This document shows positions 51,092 to 58,483 of a stretch of DNA of 60,553 nt, piece after piece. Position 1 is the stretch's first letter, and each line of letters opens with the position of its first letter. Position numbers and translations under genes: made by a program. Location of the stretch: NCBI GenBank assembly GCA_030145085.1, contig JAQYWG010000001.1, forward strand, positions 1-60,553, given 5' to 3'. This DNA is from Thermodesulfobacteriota bacterium. Its GTDB lineage: Bacteria; Desulfobacterota; BSN033; WVXP01; G020346125. The notes under the pieces are model-generated. The model was not told where the DNA came from, did no database searches, and saw only the letters and a list, made by a program, of their open reading frames with translations.

Positions 51092-52159
51092 TCAAAGTCT
51101 CTTTCGCAAGTAGTGGCTAGATATGATTCGGGAAATCTCCAAAGGGGTTGGAACGACGCCGCCAGGCCTCCCGTAAAAATGAATATCTCCATCCCTTCCC
51201 AGGGCAATTCTCACGTCTTCGACCATTTGCCCCATGTTCATCTCGAAGACGAAAAAGAGCTTTACCCTCTTTCCCAATTCCACAAGGACTTTTTCCGGAA
51301 AAGGCCAAAGGCTAATAGGCCGAAGTAATCCAACCTTAAGGCCCTGCTCCCTCACCTTCTGTACCGCTCCCTTTGCGATGCGCGCTGCGGTTCCAAAGGC
51401 AACGACAGCCATCTTTGCGTCCCCAAGCAAGAAGGTCTCATATCTGACCTCCTTTTTTTGGATCCTCTCGTACTTCCTCATCAGCTTCCAGTTGTGTTCC
51501 TCTTCCAGAACTGGGTCCAAAATGAGGGATCTAATGACCCGGCCGGGCCTTCCCTTTGCCCCTGTGAGGGCCCAGTCCTTCGGGGAGAGCTTCTTCGGGT
51601 TTTTATGGTCGGGAAATTCAACGGGTTCCATCATCTGGCCCAACATTCCATCGGCCAAGATAATGACGGGGATTCTGTAAATATCCGCTAAATCGAAGGC
51701 TTCCATGGTGAGTTCCGCCAATTCTTGACATGAGCTGGGGGCCAATACGATATTCCTGTAATCCCCGTGTCCCCCTCCCCTCGTTGCCTGAAAATAATCA
51801 GACTGGGCAGGAGCAATATTGCCCAAACCAGGTCCTCCCCTGCACATATTGACGATGACCGCGGGTAGCTCAAGGGCAGCCAGATAGGAAATTCCCTCCT
51901 GTTTTAGGCTGATCCCCGGGCTGGAGGAGGAGGTCATCACCCGTACACCCGCCATGCTCCCACCGATCACCATATTGATGGCCGCCAATTCGCTTTCGGC
52001 CTGTATGAAAACGCCATCTTTCAGCTTTGATAAGGCCGCGGCCATATACTCGGGCGTCTCATTCTGAGGGGTTATGGGATAGCCGAAATAGAACCGACAC
52101 CCAGCCCTTATGGCCGCTTCAGCTACAACATGGTTTCCCCGCATTAACACCTTAGCCAC
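51092..52159 (-). CDS. 2-oxoacid:ferredoxin oxidoreductase, alpha subunit
   Basis: GNHVVAEAAIRAGCRFYFGYPITPQNE N-terminus; 355 aa. Confidence 0.9.
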   Translation of the reverse strand: MAKVLMRGNHVVAEAAIRAGCRFYFGYPITPQNETPEYMAAALSKLKDGVFIQAESELAAINMVIGGSMAGVRVMTSSSSPGISLKQEGISYLAALELPAVIVNMCRGGPGLGNIAPAQSDYFQATRGGGHGDYRNIVLAPSSCQELAELTMEAFDLADIYRIPVIILADGMLGQMMEPVEFPDHKNPKKLSPKDWALTGAKGRPGRVIRSLILDPVLEEEHNWKLMRKYERIQKKEVRYETFLLGDAKMAVVAFGTAARIAKGAVQKVREQGLKVGLLRPISLWPFPEKVLVELGKRVKLFFVFEMNMGQMVEDVRIALGRDGDIHFYGRPGGVVPTPLEISRIISSHYLRKRL

Positions 52160-52397
52160 GATAGACCTCTATTGCGACTTCAGGGCAGACAATTGCACAT
52201 ATTGAACAACCCGTGCACTGTCGCTTCTCTTTCTTGGTATTCTCCTCGGTAAAGTAAGCGGGATGATAACCCTTTTGATTGAGATTATTGGAGAGCGAAA
52301 TGATCCCCTTGGGACAAAACTCGATGCACAGCTTACATCCTTTGCAAAACTCCCGGTCGATCTCAATGTATCCCTTCAAACTCGTTCTCCCATTCAT
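52152..52397 (-). CDS. 2-oxoacid:ferredoxin oxidoreductase delta subunit (2x[4Fe-4S] ferredoxin)
   Basis: CKGCKLCIEFCP and CTGCSICAIVCP motifs. The start was trimmed to MNGRTSL (52397). Confidence 0.8.
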   Translation of the reverse strand: MNGRTSLKGYIEIDREFCKGCKLCIEFCPKGIISLSNNLNQKGYHPAYFTEENTKKEKRQCTGCSICAIVCPEVAIEVYRG

Positions 52398-52518
52398 AGT
52401 GAAAGAACAAGCACTTACAATAAAATAATACGACAAAATGTCAAGCTTTTTCTCTCTTTATCTCTGAAGTTTCCTGGGTTTTATAGGGACTATGTTTGTT
52501 ACCTGTTGACTCTATTAG

Positions 52519-52862
52519 GAACTCAGGGGCTTTCCTGCAGCGGGAATATTGGAATAGTGGAATATTGGAATGATGGGTTCATGGATAGATATTACCCTGG
52601 TAGAGGTTGGAGGAGCGTCCGCCTGCACCGGACTTGAGGCTGAAGGCCAAGAATATTTTGCCTTGTGCCTCAGTCCTTCGTTCCTCAGGATAAACTCAGT
52701 GATCCTCAAACCTGTCCCATGGAGTGGCGACAAGCCTATTTCACAGGGCGAGCGCTCCTGAACCAAAAGTAACGCTTTTCCAGCTTTTATTCCCCACCAT
52801 TCTAATTCTTCAAAAGATCGCGTTCACGGACAACGGTGTTCTCAAGAAACGCAAGAAGTTCC
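52519..52862 (+). mobile_element. MITE-like repeat family 2, copy a
   Basis: Modules: outer arm (ggaactcaggggctttcctgcag), ggaatattggaat motifs, a core shared with copy b, a degenerate inverted ggaat arm, and an inverted outer arm (gttctcaagaaacgcaagaagttcc). No ORF of its own. Confidence 0.7.
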
Positions 52863-52943
52863 AGAATTTATCGCCTTGACTTTCGAAAGTTATTGGTAAT
52901 ATATTCTATCACCAAACCCGAAAGGTATTCCAGGGGACGAATA

Positions 52944-53900
52944 ATGAACGATTCCCTCGTTGATTTGGAAAATAAGCATAAACAGTTGGTTATGATCGGT
53001 GGAAAGGGAGGAGTGGGTAAGACTACATGTGCTACGGCCATCGCCGTCCATTTTGCCCGTTTGGGAAGAAAGACCTTGGTCATCTCCAGCGATCCAACCC
53101 CATCCCTTTCCGATATCTTTGAGATGGAGATCGGAGATCAGCAGACCCCCATCGCGGGGATCGGAGGTCTTTACGGCATCGAAATCAGCTCCGACGTGGT
53201 TCTCAATATGTGGAGAGAACGTTTTGGCGCCGAAATCTATGAGGTCATCTCCTCCTTTGCCGATGTAGACTACGACTTCGTGGATTACATCGGTACTGCT
53301 CCCGGAATAGAGGAGGAGTACATGTTGAATTACATCCTGGGGCTGGTAGAGAGCAAGCAATTCGATCTGGTGGTCTGGGATACAGCCCCCGCCGGACACA
53401 CCTTAAGGTTGCTCCATCTCCCTCAGATCTTCCTGAAACACCTGGAAGCAGCTACCAAATTCTACATGAACATTTATAGTTACTTCGAAAAATTGAAGGA
53501 AACCGTGAAACTCCAAAAGGGGAAACGTACCCTGTTGGATATTATCAGCAGCTGGGAAGCCTTAGCCATTAAAATCGTTGACTTCATTCGGGATCAGGAG
53601 AAGTCCGAGTTCATCATCGTCACCATACCCGAAGCCCTGGGAGTCAGACAGACGGAGAGGATCATCAGCGATTTCGATCAATACGAACTTATGGTAAACC
53701 ACATGATTATCAATAACGTCGTCAAAGAGGCAGATTGTTCTTTTCATCAGGCCAGAAAGGCGATGCAGACGGAATATATAAAAATCCTCGAGGATCGATA
53801 TGGAGATAGAATAAAACTGATCCAGGTTCCCCTGGCCCCTCACGAAATCAAGGGAGTGGAACGCATCGAGCAGGTGTCGGAGATCCTCTTCTCAAAATAG
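52944..53900 (+). CDS. ArsA/GET3-family P-loop ATPase
   Basis: Deviant Walker A IGGKGGVGKTT and DTAPAGHTLRLL. The start was trimmed to ATG 52944 because the ORF-track start lies in the repeat. Confidence 0.85.
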   Translation: MNDSLVDLENKHKQLVMIGGKGGVGKTTCATAIAVHFARLGRKTLVISSDPTPSLSDIFEMEIGDQQTPIAGIGGLYGIEISSDVVLNMWRERFGAEIYEVISSFADVDYDFVDYIGTAPGIEEEYMLNYILGLVESKQFDLVVWDTAPAGHTLRLLHLPQIFLKHLEAATKFYMNIYSYFEKLKETVKLQKGKRTLLDIISSWEALAIKIVDFIRDQEKSEFIIVTIPEALGVRQTERIISDFDQYELMVNHMIINNVVKEADCSFHQARKAMQTEYIKILEDRYGDRIKLIQVPLAPHEIKGVERIEQVSEILFSK

Positions 53901-53929
53901 GTTTTCCCTCAATCCTTCGACGCAGAGCA

Positions 53930-54015
53930 CCACGGCTTTAGCCGTGGGTGAATGCTCTTTGCTCAGGATGTCGCTCGTCTGAGCGTAACAAGAGGTACCA
54001 CAGGCTTGCCTGTGG
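53930..54015. repeat. Two similar GC-rich stem-loops in the 150-bp spacer (REP-like)
   Basis: CCACGGC-ttta-GCCGTGG (53930-53947) and CCACAGGC-tt-GCCTGTGG (53998-54015). Confidence 0.4.
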
Positions 54016-54052
54016 GGCTCCATCTATGGGGAATAGTCCTTCGGGAGGTATT

Positions 54053-55246
54053 ATGACCATTTCAAGACGAGTCCAAGCGATCAAACCCTCACCAACCCTG
54101 ACCATCACGGCGAAGGCAAAGGCCATGAAAGCAGAGGGTATCGATGTAATCGGATTTGGCGCAGGGGAGCCGGATTTCGATACCCCGGATCATATCAAGA
54201 AGGCCGCCATCAAAGCCCTGGAGAACGGGTTCACCAAATATACGGCGGCCGGTGGGACCGATGAGCTGAAGGATGCCGTCATCGGGAAATTCAAGCGGGA
54301 CAATGGATTGGACTATGACCGAACACAAATTCTCGTCTCCTGTGGGGGAAAGCATTGCTTCTATAACTTGGCCCAGGTTCTCTTCGACACGGGAGACGAG
54401 GTGATAATTCCATCCCCCTACTGGGTCTCCTATCCCCCCATAGTCACCCTGGCCGACGCCCTTCCCGTCATCCTCGAAACGACGGAGGAAAGCGGGTTCA
54501 AGATGGACCCTGATAAGCTGAGACGGGCCATCACCAAAAGGACCAAGGCATTGGTCTTAAACAGCCCGTGTAACCCCAGCGGGATGACGTACACGGAAAG
54601 CGAGCTGAGGGAGATCGCGGATATCGTCTTGGAGAAAGGGATTTATGTCATTTCAGACGAGATTTACGAAAAGATCGTCTACGACGGGTTTCAGTCCGTC
54701 AGCATCGCCTCTCTCGATAAGGAAATCAAGGAGAGGACCATTATTGTCCATGGCGTATCCAAGACGTACTCAATGACCGGTTGGCGGATCGGCTTCACGG
54801 CCGGACCGAGTTCCATTATTGAGGCCATGAATAAAATCCAGGGCCAGAGCACCTCCAATCCTACTTCCATCTCCCAAAAGGCCTCTCAGGAGGCCTTGAG
54901 CGGTCCGCAGGATGTGGTTGAGGCCATGGTAGGTGAATTCCAAAAAAGGCGGGACTACATCATCGATAGGCTCAACTCCTTGGAGGGGGTCACGTGTGTC
55001 AAACCAGCAGGTGCTTTCTACGCCTTCCCCAATTTCTCAAGCTATTTGGGCAAATCCTTTAGGGAGAAACCCATAAGGAATTCCATGGATTTGGCGGATT
55101 ATCTTCTCAATTTCGCCCAGGTCGCCGTGGTTCCCGGTGCTGCCTTCGGTACCGAGGGGTTTGAAAGACTCTCCTTCGCCACCTCCATGGAGAATATCGA
55201 GATTGGCATAGATAGAATTGAAAAGGCGCTCAAGGAATTCGATTGA
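54053..55246 (+). CDS. Aspartate/aromatic aminotransferase (class I PLP enzyme)
   Basis: MTISRRVQAIKPSPT start with a GGGAGG Shine-Dalgarno. GAGEPDFDTP. NSPCNPSG. PLP lysine context SKTYSMTGWRIG. Confidence 0.9.
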   Translation: MTISRRVQAIKPSPTLTITAKAKAMKAEGIDVIGFGAGEPDFDTPDHIKKAAIKALENGFTKYTAAGGTDELKDAVIGKFKRDNGLDYDRTQILVSCGGKHCFYNLAQVLFDTGDEVIIPSPYWVSYPPIVTLADALPVILETTEESGFKMDPDKLRRAITKRTKALVLNSPCNPSGMTYTESELREIADIVLEKGIYVISDEIYEKIVYDGFQSVSIASLDKEIKERTIIVHGVSKTYSMTGWRIGFTAGPSSIIEAMNKIQGQSTSNPTSISQKASQEALSGPQDVVEAMVGEFQKRRDYIIDRLNSLEGVTCVKPAGAFYAFPNFSSYLGKSFREKPIRNSMDLADYLLNFAQVAVVPGAAFGTEGFERLSFATSMENIEIGIDRIEKALKEFD

Positions 55247-55265
55247 GAGAAACCGGACGAGATCT

Positions 55266-55721
55266 TCACTCCCCGCCCCCTTTCTGGTTCTTGTCCTTAA
55301 AATATTCCTCCAAGATCTTCCGGTGGTCGAAGACAATGTCAGCAGGGAGGTTATGGTGATCGAAGATTTCCGCATCCTGAGCATCATCCTCAGCCGTAGG
55401 AACTCCCTGAGCCTTTGCAAAATAAACCGTTGATATGGCGTGAAATCTGGGATCTCTCTTTGGATCCGAATAGGTGTGAAACTGGCGGATGAGACGGACG
55501 TTGAGCCCCGTCTCCTCCTTGGCTTCCCGAACCGCAGCCTCCTCCAAACTTTCCCCGTAATCGACAAATCCCCCAGGAATCGCCCAGCCGAAAGGCTCAT
55601 TTTTTCTCTTGATCAAGACGATTCCCGCCTCCACCTCAATAATGATGTCCACTGTTGGCAGGGGGTTCTTATACTGTCTCATTTTAGTCCCGCATTGAGG
55701 GCATTGCTTAAATCTTATCAT
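55266..55721 (-). CDS. NUDIX hydrolase with N-terminal zinc ribbon
   Basis: CPQCG. Nudix box [24 protein letters not shown]. Confidence 0.88.
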   Translation of the reverse strand: MIRFKQCPQCGTKMRQYKNPLPTVDIIIEVEAGIVLIKRKNEPFGWAIPGGFVDYGESLEEAAVREAKEETGLNVRLIRQFHTYSDPKRDPRFHAISTVYFAKAQGVPTAEDDAQDAEIFDHHNLPADIVFDHRKILEEYFKDKNQKGGGE

Positions 55722-55755
55722 ATTTTCCCCCGTCTAAACGATTCCTTCCCATCCA

Positions 55756-57006
55756 TTACGCCTTGGTCATCTTAGACAATTCCTTTCTCAACGTGTCCAG
55801 GGCGAGTATAGCCGCCCTCTCCCGAAGCATTTTTTGCGTTCCCCCCAGGTGGTGATCGATCCACCTCTTCATACCTTCGGAGGCGATGCCGATATACAGG
55901 TGGGCCTTGCTCTCCCCCCCCTCTTTTGAGCTTTCCTTTTCCGAAAACCCCGAGACGGACAATCCCAGATGGCTTTGACAACGCTCCCTCGCTTTCTGCG
56001 CAAGGCAATGGACAAATTCTCCCCCCTCTCTCTTCAGCTTCCTGAATTCTCCCATTCCAACGCCCAAAAAAGCCCGTGTTGCCTCTTCCGTATTGAGCAC
56101 AACTCCCCCGAGGAATTGCGCGCTGTTGGTCCCTGACAGCCTCTGGGCGATCAAACCACCTGTATAGGGCTCCGCCGTTGAAAGGGTGAGGTTCATTTTT
56201 TCCAGGAGCTTTGTTACGCTCCCCTCCAGGGTATCCTCATCCACTCCATAGATGAGTATTCCCAACCGATCCCTTATCCGGGCCTCCGCCTCTTTAATGA
56301 GGGATTTCGCCTCCGTAGGACGCCTACCCCTGGCCATGATACGGATCTTTATATCTCCCGGGGATGCCAGGAGCCCGATGCACGGATTTTCTCCCTCCTG
56401 GATGAGATCCGCGATCTGGTCGTTCACGGAACTCTCACCCAGGCCGCATACCCTCAAGACCTTAGACTGAACCGTTTCCTCCTTTATGGCAAATCTTTTC
56501 TGAAGATACGGGATCACCGCCCTTTCCATCAGGAATTCCATCTCCCGGGGAACTCCGGGCAACGTGATCAGTGCCCTCCCCTCTTCCTCCAAGATAAAGC
56601 CGGGTGCTGTTCCCGCGGGATTTTCGATGGGAATGGCCCCATCGGGTATGAAGGCCTGCCGCCTATTGCTCGCCACCATCTGAAATCCCCTTCGACGGAA
56701 ATGGGCCTCAATTTGATCCATGAGGTGCTGGTGAAATATCAGGTTCCTCCCAGCAACCTGAGAGACCACTTCCCGGGTTAAATCGTCCTCGGTTGGCCCG
56801 AGGCCTCCCGTAGTAATGATGATCTGCGATCGCTTCAGGGCAAGGCTCAGGGTTTCGGCCATCTCGGCTCTGCTGTCCCCCACGGCGGTCACATAGGCTA
56901 AATCTATTCCCAATGGGGTCAGCCTCCGGCCAATATGGGCCGAATTGGTATCGACGATCTGTCCAATCAATAACTCGGTCCCGATGGTAATAATTTCCGC
57001 CCTCAT
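55756..57006 (-). CDS. cinA: CinA-family protein (MoCF-like domain + nicotinamide-nucleotide amidohydrolase)
   Basis: MRAEIITIGTELLIGQIVDTNSAHIG N-terminus (start trimmed from 57030). C-terminal PncC-like region. Confidence 0.9.
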   Translation of the reverse strand: MRAEIITIGTELLIGQIVDTNSAHIGRRLTPLGIDLAYVTAVGDSRAEMAETLSLALKRSQIIITTGGLGPTEDDLTREVVSQVAGRNLIFHQHLMDQIEAHFRRRGFQMVASNRRQAFIPDGAIPIENPAGTAPGFILEEEGRALITLPGVPREMEFLMERAVIPYLQKRFAIKEETVQSKVLRVCGLGESSVNDQIADLIQEGENPCIGLLASPGDIKIRIMARGRRPTEAKSLIKEAEARIRDRLGILIYGVDEDTLEGSVTKLLEKMNLTLSTAEPYTGGLIAQRLSGTNSAQFLGGVVLNTEEATRAFLGVGMGEFRKLKREGGEFVHCLAQKARERCQSHLGLSVSGFSEKESSKEGGESKAHLYIGIASEGMKRWIDHHLGGTQKMLRERAAILALDTLRKELSKMTKA

Positions 57007-57134
57007 CTGCTCCTCTCCCAATGGATTCATCTCCCTAAAAGGAATAAACGACCCGAAAGAGGATGAAATGAATCATCCCCGAAGGCTTTTCAATGTACCA
57101 CAATGGTATGGGAAATGGGAAGGGGGAATCAAAT

Positions 57135-57520
57135 GAAGTTCCCTGAGTTTCTTGAGAACATCGTTGTGCCTGAGCGTAATGGGGTTATGCCATCCACATG
57201 GAAGGTTGGAATACTGGAATGATGGGTTCATGGATAGGTATTACCCTCATAGAGGTCGGAGGAGCGTCCGCTTGCAGCGGACTTGAGGCTGAAGGCCAAG
57301 AATCATTTGCCTCGTTCCTCAGGATAAACTCAGCGATCCTCAAGCTTGCCCCGTGGAGTGACGGCAAGCCTATTCCACAGGGCGAGCGCTCCTGAACCAA
57401 AAGTAATGCTTTTTCGTTTTTGATAACCGATACTCCATTATTCCACGATTCCAGTATTTTCCATCATTCCATTATTCCAGTTGGGATGTTTCAGCTGCAG
57501 GAAAGTCCCTGATTTCCCAT
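57135..57520 (+). mobile_element. MITE-like repeat family 2, copy b (complete inverted arms)
   Basis: The core at 57208-57415 is highly similar by eye to 52559-52790. Left arm ggaatactggaatgatggg; right arm ccattattccacgattccagtattttccatcattccattattccag. Outer arms gaagttccctgagtttcttgagaac and ctgcaggaaagtccctgatttccc. Confidence 0.75.
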
Positions 57521-57536
57521 AGAATCAACAGATTAC

Positions 57537-57560
57537 AAAAAAACCCTCGTAAAACGAGGG
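57537..57560 (-). terminator. Rho-independent terminator of the lipoprotein gene
   Basis: The minus strand reads CCCTCG-tttta-CGAGGG followed by TTTTTTT, about 55 nt after the stop at 57616. Confidence 0.68.
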
Positions 57561-57615
57561 AAACTCGAGGGAATCGAAGGTTACCAGAGAGGGGACGTGG
57601 GGAGAACTGCCGATG

Positions 57616-58074
57616 TTATATGATGGAGGCGTTTTCGAAGCGCTCTTTTTGACCTAAGCCCTCGGCTGCTTCCACGGACTGACGGATGATCTCAAGGGCG
57701 GTGGCCTTGTCCTTTATGATGACATGTCTTGCATTGACCTTGATCTTGGTGCTCTTATGGGTTATTTCCTTCAACTTAATGGTAATATCCAGGTCTTTTG
57801 CCTTCGCTCGTATCTTCCTCTGCCCTTCGGCCTTGGATTGATCATGAATCGACATTCCCATCTTCTTCAAGGCGAGCACAGTGGCCCTGCTCATCCTATC
57901 AAGATCAAAGGAAACCGTCTTTTCGGCAACATTGGTGTAAAGGTAAGCGACCCCCATTGAAACGCCGGTCAGAGCGCCGGTAAGGGCATACTCACATCCG
58001 GTGTGAGAGCCGCCGAACAGTATCAAGACTACCCCGAAAGCAACGACCTTTAAGCTTCTTGTAATGGATCTCAT
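57616..58074 (-). CDS. Small lipoprotein (DUF3568-like)
   Basis: Signal peptide and lipobox-like region VVLILFGGSHTGC. 152 aa. The family assignment comes from memory of the pattern only. Confidence 0.55.
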   Translation of the reverse strand: MRSITRSLKVVAFGVVLILFGGSHTGCEYALTGALTGVSMGVAYLYTNVAEKTVSFDLDRMSRATVLALKKMGMSIHDQSKAEGQRKIRAKAKDLDITIKLKEITHKSTKIKVNARHVIIKDKATALEIIRQSVEAAEGLGQKERFENASII

Positions 58075-58483
58075 AGGGAATCCTCTCCGTCTCTTTCGGT
58101 AAATCTTTTAAATCATAAAAAGCAAAAAATATACCAATACTTGGGATATGTGCTTTCGGGTAAAAGGAAATAAAAGGGGAAAATGCCAATCAAATGAAAA
58201 TTATTGGATTGGCAAAAATTGTCGAGAACGTTAACTTTTTTTCATAATTCGCCCTAAGGAGACAAAAATAGCCCCAAAAGTGGCATGAGGCCCGCTAAAA
58301 ACCTGTATATATAAAGATTTCTCATGATTTCTCCAAGTACCCGATTCGCTGCGGTGTGGTACGAATTTTGCGTAATAATGGTTCTTTACCAGGGCGCCTA
58401 TTGGATTTTTGGATGAACAAAAAATGACTGTGTCTAAAATCGCTTCAAGATATTTTTTTCGACTGCGATTCATACTTTCGAGA

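Noticed and set aside
50326-51207. N-terminal extensions suggested by the ORF track (also 52836, 53948, 38779, 25570, 52436, 57030, 28199)
   Set aside because: The extensions overlap neighbouring genes or repeats and lack homology-like sequence. Internal starts match conserved N-termini and have better ribosome-binding sites.
52515-52766. Short ORFs on both strands inside repeat family 2 (also 57185-57400)
   Set aside because: The paired copies differ by indels that would break a reading frame, so the conservation is at DNA level.
58231-58473. 80-aa minus-strand ORF
   Set aside because: It sits in an AT-rich promoter-like region upstream of the large secreted-protein gene, with no ribosome-binding site or motifs. 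I left it unannotated.
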